Numbered from the stretch's first letter, positions 1-14,108 are shown. The stretch is DNA of 64,000 bases from Octopus sinensis (GCF_006345805.1 NC_043002.1:29884001-29948000); one strand, 5' to 3'. Translations and numbers: made by a program. The notes: generated from the sequence alone by a model not told the origin.

Positions 1-249
1 AGACCGGTGATTAGTAACATTCTAGTGATGAACTGTTTCCTTTCCGGGTATCTAGGAATTTCATTGCGTATTTAGTATGGCCTTCTCTTTTTAATACAGA
101 ATATTATTTGAGGGAGGTTTCGTTGATATATCACGCGGATAAAGTGACCGCGCATAGGGTACCTTATGTTGATGGGGATAATGTTGATAGCACTATGCTT
201 CTCTGTGCTGAAACAACACAATCATAATGCTCGTATGACTATAATTGTT

Positions 250-900
250 GTTATCTGTTTGGGAGTGGTAATGATAATATTTGGTGGTATCGGTGCTAGC
301 ATTAGGGGTGGTTGTAGTGTGTGTGGGCGTTGATGGTGGTAGTAGCGTTGATAGTGGAGTGATGTGGAGGTTGACGTTGGTGTTGATAGCCCTTCCTTCT
401 ATTGTTAATTAACATTGAGATTCTATCGGTGTTCATATTGGATGTGCTATTAGTATCGGTTTTAATGTTTGGTATTGTTGCTGTTGTTGTTGTTATTGGT
501 GGTGGTGGTGGTGGTGGTGGTGGTCGAGGTGTTGTTGTTGTTGTTATTGGTAGTGGTGGAGGTGTTTTTGTTGTTGTTGTTAGTGATAGTGGTGGTGGTG
601 ATTGTAGTGGATGTGACATTTGTGCTAGTAGCACTTACTACTTTTAATTAACTTTAGGACTATTCGTATTATTGTTGTTGTTATTAGTATAGTTGGTATT
701 GCCTTTAGTATTTAAAAGTGGTGATAGACTTGGTGTTGCTGTTGTTGCTGTTGTTGATGGTGGTGGTAGTGGTTGTGGCGTCTACGTCAGCATCAGGGGA
801 CAGAGTGGGTAGCACGTTGATGGTGTTGGCGGTAGTGGTGGTCGTGGTGCTGGAAGTATGGTGACCGCTTAAACAGTTGGTCATTTCCGTTGGTGTCAAT
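250..900. repeat. Degenerate (GGT/GTT)n low-complexity tract
   Basis: Runs of ggt/gtt/gtggtg; ORFs 302-634, 402-647 and 469-651 are homopolymer-like translations of it. Confidence 0.85.
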
Positions 901-1284
901 GTATAGGTCAATATAAAGGCTGAACTGTCAACTAATACATTACTAGTGACGACCTCAATGACTGACATGGACGACGGTCAGTTGGCGTGTGTGGTAGTTG
1001 AGACACTCCGCGCAGGTGCCAGTCTAGTACACTTAGACAAGTCAGGTGACAAGTAGGGCAGGTGTCACTCAACAGTAAGTACAAACCAACAACTGCTTAC
1101 TAATAAAACTGTATTCCCTCTTCTCTTCTTATACTCCGCCCCAAAGTAACACAGCAACAAAAACAACGACGACAATAATTATTTCTAATTGAAGCAAAAG
1201 ACCAATAATTTTCATAGGAGTGGGTATCATTAGCTGATTAATATGTACTGCGATACCATCAGCTATCAACGCGAACTTCAATAA

Positions 1285-1670
1285 ACATCGACCCAACACT
1301 AGACGGGAACTTTATTTTATCGATTCCACGGGGGTGAAAGGGATTCTTTTAACAGAGAACGTAAAATAACGGATCAAATATTACAAGGCATATTGTTCGA
1401 TGCTCTGACGATTTTCATTTCTTTTTATTCCCACAAGGGGCTTAAACATAGAGGGGACAAACAAGGGCAGATAAAGGTTTTAAGTCGACTACATCGATCC
1501 CAGTGCGTAACTAATACTTAATTTATCGACCCCGAAAGAATGAAACGCAAAGTCGACCTCGGCGGAATTTGAACTCAGAACGTAAAGACAGATGGAACCG
1601 CTAAGCATTTCGCCCGGCGTGCTAACGTTTCTGCCAGCTCACCGCCTCGATGCTCTAAAGATTCTGCCGA
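1285..1670 (-). mobile_element. Old SINE family A copy, interrupted by a younger A copy
   Basis: Degenerate catcgacccaacactagacgggaactttattttatcgatt body; its head (cgatgctctaaagattctgcc) resumes at 1648 after the insert. Confidence 0.65.
1414..1647 (-). mobile_element. SINE family A (A1 tail), full length, with 16-bp TSD
   Basis: Minus strand reads aggcggtgagctggcagaaacgttagcacgccgggcg...ctgagttcaaattccgccgaggtcgac (pol III A/B-box-like). Flanks cgatgctctgacgatt (1398-1413) and cgatgctctaaagatt (1648-1663). Confidence 0.9.
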
Positions 1671-1764
1671 ATGATTACAGAGTCGTCTGATGAAAGGGAC
1701 ATCACAAGGACTTGTTCAACCTATGCTCTAACAATCCTATCAGTTCGCCAATAATAGTAGTAAT

Positions 1765-1925
1765 TGTTTCTGAGTTAAGCACCTTAACTCAGATGGATAC
1801 TTTATATTATCAACCCCGTAACAATGAAAAGCAAAGTTGATCTCGGTAGGAATTGAACTCAGAACTAAAACGCAAAGAGCCGAAGAAAAACTGTAATATA
1901 TTTGACGCGGAAGCGATTCCGCCCA
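1765..1925 (-). mobile_element. Degenerate SINE family A
   Basis: atcaaccccgtaacaatgaaaagcaaagttgatctcggtaggaattgaactcagaac matches the A body. Confidence 0.7.
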
Positions 1926-2222
1926 ATGATTTCTTTAATTGCCAGAGGAGAACATTTAATTTGCCAGATGGGGCAAAAATTACAAGAAGAAATTACAAAT
2001 TGTGTGGTGAAGTTTACAAAATGGAGGTAAGAGACGAGATAAAATTATACATAATATACAAGATACGTGACTAGATGGTTGATGCAGTCCTCCTTGTGAA
2101 GGAGATATTTAAACTAGAACCAGTGAAAGAACTCCACAGATCTAAAATCATTTTGACCAATAAAAGTATAAGCCTTAACTCAACTTTAATCATTATTCCA
2201 TCGATGAATGTTTCGTCTAGTT

Positions 2223-2571
2223 CAGTGGTTCTCACCCAGGGTCCAAATGACCCCTGAGCATTCATATAAGATTTTTGGGGTTCCATACAACGAAATAGTA
2301 AATTGGGGATCCACAGTAGTATTTTAAGGGTTCCTGAAAAACTTTTGCTTTAGATGTATGTAATGGTATGCATTGCAAGAAACAGTTCGGTTTCTTTCTC
2401 TAAAGTTTTACACAGTTCAACCTACACGAAATAATGTATGAAAAACAAAATAGGAATTTTGAAAGAAGTTTCTATAAGACAAGTTCTTAAACATCGAATG
2501 TCCAAGGGGGTTCATCAGAATAAAATAATAATCAGAGGAGTCCATAGATAAAAAATGGTTGAGAACCCCTG
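2223..2571. mobile_element. hAT (Charlie-like) MITE, 349 bp
   Basis: TIRs cagtggttctcaccc / ggttgagaacccctg; 8-bp TSD gtctagtt (2215-2222) vs gactagtt (2572-2579), close to the Charlie-type NTCTAGAN target. Confidence 0.85.
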
Positions 2572-3532
2572 GACTAGTTGCATTCACCCAAACCAGTTTT
2601 GCAACAGCCACTAACTTTTGATAATTTCGCTGAAAGAAGCGGGTTTACATAAAGTTGAGGAAAGAAAAGGAGAGCAGAGGGAAAGGAGATAAAAGTATCC
2701 AAAATATACATTTAGTAACTATATGGATAAACCTCCGACGGAATGGTGACCCGTCTAGAGAAACTTCTATATCCTCAGTTTCATATTCCAGATCAAAACC
2801 CATATTCGGAGAAGATCTCTCTCACAGACGCATTGCTGCTGACTAATGACTGAAATCTTAAAAAGAGAAACTAAATATTAATGTAAAACATGATTTAGTT
2901 TTTAGGCATCGTAGTTCATATTTCAAGAAAATAAAAACGTCCATACTTTCATAAAAACACTAAAATATATGAACCACCGTACGGACAAAAAATATTCCTT
3001 GTCTTGTTCCGACACAATCTCTGATACTGAAGGAATTAAACAAGAAATACTGTCTCGACTTGTTCTATGGTAGACTATGCCATGATCTATATGTGAGATG
3101 CAAAATACTTCTAAATATTTACTGCTAATCTCTGTGTGTAAATGATAAACACCAGAACGATTAACCTCCTGTTTGAGTAATCACATATACGCTTCTGGCT
3201 TCATTTATTTCATATGGCTTGGTGTTGTCATAGGGAAGTTTTTCAATGAGGGTCTGAAAGAATAAGACACTCAAAGAACATTGACAGAGAAAGTGAGAGA
3301 GAGAAAAAGCGAGAGAGAGAGAGGAGGGGAGAGAGGGGAAAGAGAGTGTGCAAATGCGTTGGGGTAGAGGATGTGAAGGGAGAGTTAAACATAGCCAAAA
3401 ATACAACTGTGGTAAAAAAAAATTTAAGGAAAAAATGAAGGAGATTGAGTAAGTGTAAGACTAACAAATGAATGTTGAGAGAAAAACATATAGAAGTAGA
3501 CGAGGTTAGGGATATACAGAAGAATAAAGAGT

Positions 3533-3564
3533 GATATATATATGTATATATATATATAATATAT

Positions 3565-3652
<88 letters not shown>

Positions 3653-3725
3653 TATATGTATGTATTTATGTATGCAAGTATGTATGTATATATATGTATA
3701 TATGTATATGTGAGTGTGTGTATAC
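3533..3725. repeat. (TA)n and (TATG)n microsatellite
   Basis: Direct reading. Representative of more than 25 similar TA tracts, e.g. 11890-12036, 13180-13265, 14075-14200, 24530-24685, 34430-34520, 49185-49270. Confidence 0.95.
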
Positions 3726-4009
3726 TTATGTGTCTAAATGTGTGTGTGAGCGAAGCAGTGTAATCAATGGGGAAAAGTATTTTATAATGCGACAGTAAGG
3801 TGCTTCCGGTTTATCTGTGTATACATGGCGGAAACTAAGGGTGACCGGCAAAGAATAAATATACAGAAGAGAAGCAAATAGAGATCGCTCTGAAAATTTG
3901 GAAATGTGCGTAAAGTTGTCTTCGAATGACACTTGATCAAGGCATCACCTCTACTTCTCCGCAAAAATTTCACATAGTGAAACAAACAAACACACACACG
4001 CACACACAT

Positions 4010-4052
<43 letters not shown>

Positions 4053-4165
4053 ACAGAATAATACATATGCACATATACACACGAAACATGTGTGTGAGTA
4101 TATATATTCGTATAAACACGTATATCATGTATGCATACACACATAGACGCACACACACACACACG

Positions 4166-4202
<37 letters not shown>

Positions 4203-4839
4203 GCATATACACACACATACATATATATTTACGTATGCGCATGTATGTACATGTTCAGTACATGTATGCATAGATGAATGTGAGTGGGTTTCCTTGCGCG
4301 TGCGTGAGTGTATGTTCTATGTAATCTTTTGTGTGTTCATTTACGTATAAAAATGTACTCACAATTATTTACACACATTCACGCGCTTACGGAACGTACA
4401 TACGTTAGAGGAAAAAAAATTAGAAAAACCTGCAGATGCAGTTTCCACTGAAATGCATTGATACGTGCACCGGCACACGCATGCGCACATACACATAAGC
4501 ACGCATATACAAATCGCGCAAGAACAAATATAAATGAAAGGACATTTAAACATAGATTTGCATGAACAATGTTAAACATACATCGAAATATGTATGTTTA
4601 TCATTACAGTTAAGTGATATATATATATATACATTTATACACACATATATATCACCAAGCTATAATGTTAAGCATGCATATTTCGATATATATTTACACA
4701 TACACACATGCAGATTTACGCACACTCACACTCATACTCATAGAATGACTGTTTTATACACGTTCTGTTATGCACCTATACACACACATATGTATACACA
4801 CATATGTATAGCAGATTATAATTTCATTATTATATGTGA

Positions 4840-4876
<37 letters not shown>

Positions 4877-5519
4877 GGAGAGAGTCATGTGTGCGTGTGC
4901 GTAACTGCGTGAATGTGTTGAGACTGACCAGGGCTCTATTGACACGCAAGTTGACCAACTTTTTAGACGGCCGTCACATCTACTTCCGGTGACAATATCG
5001 TCACAACTGTGACATATCTATCAATATGATGAAAAACATCAATTCTGAACTTCCGCTGGTGTCATGAAAGCAAAAAAAAAAAAAAAGAGGAAAACTTGGA
5101 GATATGATTAAACAAGACATTTATTTTCTAGACAAAGAAATCAAAAAGATAGAGAAAATAAATAAAATGAGATATAAACAAAAATCAAAAAGAAAAAAAA
5201 TATGTATAATGTCCAAGAATGAGTTAGGTTCGTGCTTAGGATCTGATTTTAGAGTCCTCGTCTTTCGTGGTTATTTAAGTCGTATATTTTTGCGTTCAAA
5301 TTTTACTTCTCTACATTTTATGCATTCTGCCTAAACTAAGATCTGAGTTGCTGCACGTGTTTGTCCACCTCTATAAGTTGATTGCGGACCAAAACACTAG
5401 CAACTACACAGAGTTTCCTTGCTTAGAGCCATGCAGATCACAACGTCACCACGATGTTATAAAATTCAAAACGAGACAGAAGTCATGGTTTTGATCTTGC
5501 ATTATTGAAGATATAAAAT

Positions 5520-6115
5520 AAGGCGCCATGCTGGCAGAATTGTTAGCATGTCGGGCAAAATGCCTAGCGGTAATTCGTTCGCCTTTGCGTTCTGTGTTCA
5601 TATTCCCCCGAGGTCGGCTTGTCGACTTTATCTTTCAAGGTCGATAAAATTAGTACCAGTTGAGTACTGGAGTCGATGTAATCGAGTTACCCAACTCCCG
5701 AAATTGCTGGCCTTGAGTAAAATTTGAAACCGTTATTACAGACATCATATAAGGCGGAGAGCTGGCAAAATGCTTAATATCAATTCGTTCATCTTTGCGT
5801 TCTGAGTTCAAATTCTGCCGAGGTCGATTTTGCCTCTCAAGCTTCCGGCATCGGTAAAATAAGTACCAGTTGATTTCTGGGCATCGATGTAATCGACTTA
5901 TTCCTCCCAGAAATCACCGCTCCTGCGCCAAAATTTGAAATCATAGTAACAAACATCAAAGCAACAAGATGGCAAAATATTTAGCATGCTGGGTAAAACG
6001 TCCGTCTTTATGTTCTGAGTAAAAATGCCACCGCGATCGATTTCGCCTCTCATCTTTTAGGAGTCGATGAAATAAGTAACAACTGAGCACCCTCCCTGTG
6101 CCTTAGGTAGAAACG
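5520..6115 (+). mobile_element. Three head-to-tail SINE family A copies (A2 tail)
   Basis: Units start near 5520 (aaggcgccatgctggcag), 5751 (aaggcggagagctggc) and 5965; each has a gaggtcga..tc..gtcgat..aataagtacc core; tail cccgaaattgctggcctt...aaaatttgaaac. Confidence 0.85.
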
Positions 6116-6444
6116 AATATTACAGGTATCAACTGGCTCTAATTAGTAATGACTCTAGTTGATGCTGGACAACAAAATTAAATAACTACTCCACTTTATT
6201 TAGTGAGGCATTATTTTTACTCTACTAAATCGTCGAATCTGAATATGAGGAGCTTACTTTCAAAATGGATATAAGTGCATATTTGGTGGATTTCATGATA
6301 ATCATAAAACACAATCTACAAGCTGCTGGCTTCATTCACGTAAAACTTTTTTCAGTCAAACTGGGATAGATACCATATAGACAGTAGGCGAATCTTAGTC
6401 TTCCAGTCAAAATCAGATATATGCAAGCTGTTGTTTTAAGCAAT

Positions 6445-6807
6445 TACTCTTTACTTTTCTTACTCTTTTACTTGTTTCAGTCATTTCACTGTGGCCGTGC
6501 TGGAGCACCGCCTTTTAGTCTATCGGTCTCTTTCGCCGAATCACTAAGCTACGGGGAAGTAGACACACCAGCAACAGTTTTCAAGCGATGTTGAGGGAAC
6601 AAACACAGACAAACACACACACACACATATATATACATATATACGACGGGCTTCTTTCAGTTTCCGTCTACCAAATATACTCACATGGCTTTAGTCGGCC
6701 CGAGGCTATAGTAGAAGACATTTGCCCAATGTTCCACGCAATGGGACTGAACCTGGAACCATTTGGTTGGGAAGCAAGCTACTTATCACACAGCCACCTA
6801 TACGCCT
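6445..6807 (-). mobile_element. SINE family B, full length
   Basis: tactcttttacttgtttcagtcatttcactgtggccgtgctggagcaccgcc tail; internal CA/TA tract; head gggactgaacctggaacc...cacacagccacc..gcct. Confidence 0.9.
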
Positions 6808-7227
6808 AATTACTCATAAGTCATTCTGAAGCATATACCTATCTAGTTTTGAAAGTAAGCTCTTCATAATCTTATTTACTCTTTATCTAAGTCACTGATC
6901 TCATATCAGCTGCAGTGATGAGTAGAAAACTGATGTGCTGATGAGAACTATTAAGGCAGAAATGCGTGATACAACTCTTATATTTTACAGCAAACAGTCA
7001 AATTCACGTTTTCTCAATGGTATGCAAATTTTGAAGAAATCTTCGTTGTTAAAATTATCTTTTTCATTTGTAATTGATCGCAGTTGCTATGAAGCATTTG
7101 TGTCCTTTCATATTAAACACACATACACACACTTACACACACCAGACGCCACACATACATATGTATACGCACGCACACACACATATATATATATACAAAA
7201 TACACACATATATATATATATAGACGA

Positions 7228-7389
7228 AGGCGTGGCTGTGTGGTATGAAACTTCATTCTCAACTGCATGGATCCGGGTTCAGTCCCACTGCGTGACACCT
7301 TGGACTACTGTCTTCTACTATAGCCTCGGGCCGACCAAAGCCTTGTGAGTGGATTTGTTTGACGGAAAACTAAAAGAAGACCGTTGTAT

Positions 7390-7421
<32 letters not shown>

Positions 7422-7660
7422 GTATATATCTATGTGTGTGTATCTTTGTGCCTGTGTTTTCCCCTTCCCCCAGCGTTTGATAACCGCTGCTGGTATGTCT
7501 ACATTTCCGCAACTAGCGGTTCGGCAAAAGAGACGGATACAATAAGTACCAAACTTATAGGAAGTAAATACTAGGTTCGATATATTCGACTGAAAATGCT
7601 TGAAGGCGGTGCCCCGGTGTGGCTGCAGTATAATGATTGTTACAAGTAAAAGATAAAAGA
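7228..7660 (+). mobile_element. SINE family B, full length
   Basis: aggcgtggctgtgtggt...ccgggttcagtcccactgcgtgacaccttgg head, internal (CA)(TA)(TG) tract, ggcggtgccccggtgtggctgcagt...acaagtaaaagataaaaga tail. Confidence 0.9.
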
Positions 7661-7681
7661 TACGAACACGAACATACGCAC

Positions 7682-7719
<38 letters not shown>

Positions 7720-7777
7720 ATCTATTATATTATATATACATATACATACAAACATATATACGTACATGCATGCATGC

Positions 7778-7808
<31 letters not shown>

Positions 7809-8288
7809 CATACATACATTTATTTATTTAATTAAAAAATAAAAAAATATTTTTGTTGTTTTTGTAAAATCTCAGAAAATAATTAAAAATTCACATTTTT
7901 TATCAAATTATTTTGTTATATTTGTCTATCTATCCAACTGTAAACATTTTAAATATTACACACCTTGTAATCCATGTTAAGGAAGTCTGAAGGATATCTC
8001 ACTGGTTCACAAATCTGCACATATACATACATACATTCAAAAATACCCTGTTGTTGATGAAGTTCCAATGAAGGAGCCTTGGAGCTAGTTTAGAAAGCGA
8101 CTGTTTCTCTATTGGCTCGAAATCTTGAAATAAAATTGAGTAATTATATTCACACACACACACACACATCCATACATAGATAAGTACATACATACATACA
8201 TACATACATACATACATACATGCATACATGCATACATACATACATACGTACGTACGTACGTACGTGCGTACATACATACATACATACA

Positions 8289-8320
<32 letters not shown>

Positions 8321-8656
8321 AACGTACATATATACATACATAAATACGTACGTCCATACACACAAACACACATGCATACATACATACTTGCATGCATACA
8401 TATGTATGTGCGTACACACATACAAACATATATTATTTGGTAGAGTGTGTCATGCCTAGAATTTTCGGAGGTCCTTTCTATATCGAAGAGATCAACCCAG
8501 TTAATATTCATAGATATATTAACAATGGAAAACAATAATTTGAAAAACAGCATCTGAATGATTGTTAATTGAACTGCTTTCGATCATAAGTTTGTTGAAT
8601 CAGAGTTGATCTCTGGTTAAACAATAACAAGAACGATAGCACGACCACCATCACGA

Positions 8657-8925
<269 letters not shown>

Positions 8926-9784
8926 ATACATATACTGCCAACAAACTGAACCAATCCTCCAGATAAACTTCCCTAAATAAATACGAAAGCATTTGATGGA
9001 AACTCCTCTTGTGTAGCCTCTGATTGATTCTAAACGAACTATTACCGACATGCACCTGTCCTTCGTCTACTTCAGAAATCCTTCTCAATTTAACCGGCCA
9101 CAAACAATACAATTTTAACTGGAATAAAATAGAGTGCACTAAAGTTTAAAATTTATAACCTCCAGGACGATTATTCTCTGTTGAAATTATTTACTTTTTG
9201 CACCTGTCATCCCGAATTTGATTCCGTCAATCAGCTTCTTTTCAGTAACAATAAATAATGATAAAATAACTTTTAATAGTACACAGTATTTAATTAATAA
9301 ATTTCGAAACCTAATTAGTACCAGGAGTATATTTCCAGATGCAATTTTCTTGATCTCTTGACATGAACGATATTTTCAGTGTGAGCATTTAAGAATTGTT
9401 AAAGATATCAGTATTTTAGGTGAAATATTTTTAAACAGCTCATTCTAGCACCAAAGTACAAAATATTTTTGGTATATAATCTGTATATAGATATGTGAGT
9501 GTGTGTGCGCATGCGAGTACGTTAAAATGATCGGGCATGGTTGTATGCTTGTTTATATTATTGATAGTCTTTGTATATATTATACAGGAATAAGTGTATA
9601 TAACTGTACTCTAAGCACTGTACGTCTTTATAAGAGGACATCTCAACAAGAATACAACAGTTTCGACTTCAAACTACACAATGTAACACGATTTTTGTCA
9701 TTGGGTAGAAAATGTTATTTAGTATTTGGTTACCTCTAGAAAGAAAAAAAATGTCTAATGTTTCCTTCAAAATTTGCTTTTGCT

Positions 9785-9960
9785 ACACTTATTCAAACCT
9801 CAGAGAATCCTTCTCAACACATGGCTATGATGCTCCTCTGCTACTCCAGCGCATGGTCGAAGATGCGCATATTGTCAGCCGCTAAGAGACATGCTCCAGT
9901 GGTTAAAGTCAAACAAATGATAAGCAAATCGGTGGTATTGAACAGAATATTTGCTATAAC
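9785..9960 (-). mobile_element. Fragment of unclassified element E
   Basis: ttattcaaacctcagagaatccttctcaacacatggctatgatgctcc...cagccgctaagagacatgctc matches 31982-32140. Confidence 0.8.
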
Positions 9961-10666
9961 GATATTTCTGCTTCAACAACTCAGCACTGAAATGTAATGA
10001 AGCATAGTTCAGTTTCAGAACCTTGATGTCTAGGTTACAAAAGCAAAGATGGAAGGGAATAGTAGTAATTTCCTTTGATTTCTAGATACAAGCAAATAGG
10101 AAACACTGAACAAAGACAAGAATATATTTTTTTTTAAAATTTTGTTACACAGTGTTATACATCCACTCCAGGTTAAATATCAAGATTGCCATTCAGTATT
10201 AATATTGCTTCCGTCGCTAAAATTTACTTTCTAATAAGCCTACTAGTTATGTGCGTATCAGTGATTGAAAAGCCTCTATTAATTAACAATACATCGTTAG
10301 CAGGGAGATTTGACTGGTATTCAGGAACTGGATGCCTGTCTCCGAGGAAGCTCAACTCGCTGAAATCACAATATCTGGCAGCTCTGGCGCCAATGCTAGA
10401 CGGTTCTCGCCTGCTACGATATATGCTGGTTGTCTTAGCACCGTATATCTGTATGAGAAAAAGTATCAAGACGAATACAAAAGTATTCGACGTTCTAATA
10501 ATACACCCACGTAATGCAGTATATGTATCGGCAACAACATATCCAGATGAACAAATATACACCCCACAACCACACATTTGTGTAAATGAATATGCATTTG
10601 TGTGGGTGGGTATTATGGCTCGTATGTGCATGAGGGTACCTATATGCGTGAGTGCGTTTGTATATA

Positions 10667-11887
10667 CAAGAGTAGGACAAAATAATGGAAACACTTAGCA
10701 TCATAAATTTGAAATATTTATAAAACCGTCAAAAACCTGTTTATTTTTATGTATTTTTGATTTATTATTAGAGTTGCTTAATATGTTTTGCTAAAATAGC
10801 TGTTTCTTTTCAGATATCATCATAAAAAGGTAATTAAAATTCATTAAAATGACAGATCTATCGGACTTTCAAAGAGGTCAAATTGTTGGTACACGTATGG
10901 CAGTCGCAAGCGTAACAAAAACAGCTGAAATGTTTGGTGTATCAAGAAATATTGTCTCGAAAGTAATGACCGCCTTTGAAAAAGAGGGAAAAACCTCCGG
11001 AAGAAACTCAAAAATTTCAGAGAGGGACCATCGAATCCTTACGCGAATTATTAGAAAGGATCGCAAAAATACAGCTCCCAAAATTACTGCAGAGCTTAAC
11101 GACCACCTCGTGAACCCAGATTCTACAAAATCTGTTCGCCGAGAGCTGCACAAAGCCGGATTGCATGGCAATCAAAAAACTACTACATTCAAAAACAAAC
11201 GTTTCAAAGCAGAATTGGACCCTAGAGCAATGGAAGAATGTCATTTTCTCGTAAAAGTCATCTTTTATCCTATTTCTCGACCCTGGCCGAGTAAACGTGT
11301 GGGGACAGCCAAAAGAAGCAGTCGTCCCAGATTGCCTTCTTCCAACTGTTAAACATGGAGGAGGATCTGTGATGATCTGGATGGGGGGCGGCTATATCTT
11401 GGAAATCTGCCGGCCTAATGGTTTCTCTTCATGGCAGAATTAATAGTGAAGACTATTTAAGCATTTTATCTGATCAAATCCATCCTATGTTTGCCTACTG
11501 TTTCGGGAGGGAAACGCAATCTTTCAGGATGATAATGCACTAATTCACACAGTTAAAGGTGTTATTGAATGGCACAAGGAACCCTCTAGTGAAGTTGAAC
11601 ATCATATTTGGCCACCACAGTCTCCAGTTCTCAATATTATTGAACATTAATGGTGCATTTTAGAAAAACAAGTAAGGAGTCGATATTCTTCACTATAATC
11701 ACTACAAGAACTGGAGACTGTTTTAATTGAAGAATGGACAATAATTTCTTCGGAAACAATTCAAACTTTCTACGAGTCCATACCTTGTAGAATTCAAGCT
11801 GTAATTACTGCCAAAGCGGTTCTACACCTTATTAAAATAAATTTGCTTGAAATTTTAAGGTGTTTCCATTATTTTGTCCAAACCCTG
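10667..11887 (+). mobile_element. Tc1-family DNA transposon, full length (1221 bp), D36E spacing (Incomer-like), inactive
   Basis: 28-bp TIRs caagagtaggacaaaataatggaaacac / gtgtttccattattttgtccaaaccctg (24/28 match), TA on both sides (10665-6, 11888-9), Tc1 transposase inside. Confidence 0.95.
10849..11835 (+). pseudogene. Tc1 transposase pseudogene
   Basis: N-terminal MTDLSDFQRGQIVG...VSRNIVSKVMTAFEKEG HTH; WKNVIFS*KSSF (stop at 11252-54 where the first catalytic D is expected); FQDDNALIH...WPPQSPVLNIIEH*W; frameshifts. Confidence 0.95.
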
Positions 11888-11949
<62 letters not shown>

Positions 11950-11983
11950 TATATATATATATATAATATATATATATATACAT

Positions 11984-12036
<53 letters not shown>

Positions 12037-12083
12037 TAGCTTATGAGAATATACACAAACAAATACAGGTTGAGAAGTAACAA

Positions 12084-12114
<31 letters not shown>

Positions 12115-12469
12115 CGCACGCACGCACGCACGCACGCACGCACAAATATGTATCGATATGTAGATATGAGGGGTTTTACACTTTTTCCGTCAACGAATTT
12201 CACTCACAAAGTATTAATCTGACTAGAAGAAACATGCATATATATTTATATATATATGCATGTATGTATGTATATATACGCGCACACATATATGTAACGG
12301 CTGGGTAATGTAGAAGATTGCTTCGGAGACGAATGGTTCAGTCCAGCTGCTCGGTAAACCGAGCATGTTTCTTCTAGTCAGATTAATACTTTGTGAGTGA
12401 AATTCGTTGACGGAAAAAGTGTAAAACCCCTCATATCTACATATAGATACATATTTGTGCGTGCATGCG

Positions 12470-12553
<84 letters not shown>

Positions 12554-12598
12554 GTTACTTCTCAACCTGTATTTGTTTGTGTATATTCTTATAAGCTA
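12037..12598. repeat. Inverted duplication (arms 12037-12237 and 12363-12598, 125-bp spacer)
   Basis: The same peptide MKFVDGKSVKPLISTYRYIFVRACV appears on both strands in the ORF track. Unique parts differ by about 2 substitutions; the internal CA/GT tract differs. The right arm is part of an old SINE B copy. Confidence 0.95.
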
Positions 12599-12725
12599 CT
12601 TTTTCCACAAAAAAGTGCATATGGAAAAGTATCAGACTTGAAATAAGGTACTGTGGCCTTATATATGCAAAGGACGTGCACCTGTTGTGTTAAGGAAAAG
12701 GAAAATAAATATATATGTACAGGGG

Positions 12726-12761
<36 letters not shown>

Positions 12762-13024
12762 TGATAGAGATACGTAAGTATTGTGTGTATGTGTTTATGT
12801 GTTTATTAATGGAATTGATTAGAATGTTGGTTTGCACTTGGGACATTTATTTATAAAATTTTGGTAAAAGTTTGGTCAAGACACTTCAAATCGATGTTGG
12901 TGTGTGGGGCCAAGGAGATCGAAGTGTGACATGGGTGACACTGTTTAACTAATTTATCAGTGTCAAAATTAATGCCTATTACATTTAATGACATACGGTA
13001 CAGCATGCGATCGAGAGAATGGGA

Positions 13025-13056
<32 letters not shown>

Positions 13057-13198
13057 ATAAACATACATGCATATATACATACATACATATAGAGAGACAG
13101 ACAGACAGATAGATAGATAGATACACATTCAGAAAATAACACACACACACATATATATATATAACACACACACACACACATATATATATATATTATAT

Positions 13199-13270
<72 letters not shown>

Positions 13271-13331
13271 CCATATTATATATATATATATGTCTGCGCA
13301 TATGTATATAGAGAGAGACACACACATATGT

Positions 13332-13364
<33 letters not shown>

Positions 13365-13384
13365 CGTGTGTGTCTATGTATATG

Positions 13385-13795
13385 TATATTCTCTTATTCT
13401 TGTATTGGTTTCAGTCATTTGACAGCGGCCATACTGGAGCACCGCCTTTGGTCGAATAAATCGACCCCAGGACTTATTCTTTGTAAGCCTAGTACTTACT
13501 CTAGCAGTCTATTTTGCCGAACCGCTAATTACGAGGACCTAAACAAAAACCAACATCGGTTGTCAAGCGATGGTGAGAAAACAAACATAGACACACAAAC
13601 ATATACATATATATATAAACATATATACAAACATACGATGGACTTCTTTCAGTTTCCGTCTACCAAATCCACTCACAAGGCTATGGTCGGCCCGCGGCTA
13701 TAGTAGGAGACACATGCCCAAGATGCCATACAGTGGGACTGAAACCGGAACCATGTGGTTGGTAAGCAAGCTACCTACCACATAGACACTGCTGT
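13385..13795 (-). mobile_element. SINE family B
   Basis: gtttcagtcatttgacagcggccatactggagcaccgcc ... gggactgaaaccggaaccatgtggttggtaagcaagc. Confidence 0.9.
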
Positions 13796-14074
13796 TTATG
13801 ATTAAAACCATAAACAGGCTTTTGTCATTTCTGTATTGTGTTGACGAAAGAAAAAAGTCCGTTTATGGTTTTAATCCAGAAATTGAAAACAATTCGCAAT
13901 TAACAGGAGGTCTATTTGATATTCTTTCACTAGCTCACTTTCAGCTATATGTATATTTATCTGGATTTTTTGGTAGTTTTTTTAATGTCTCAGCAACCTC
14001 GAGCATGCTGGACACAGGTCGCTTTGCCCTTGCTCCCTTAATATAATTATATACATATGTATATTATTACTAAT

Positions 14075-14108
<34 letters not shown>

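Noticed and set aside
9057-9119. Possible 63-nt minus-strand exon (LKLYCLWPVKLRRISEVDEGQ)
   Set aside because: Weak donor (GTGCAT), no partner exon and no recognisable homology.
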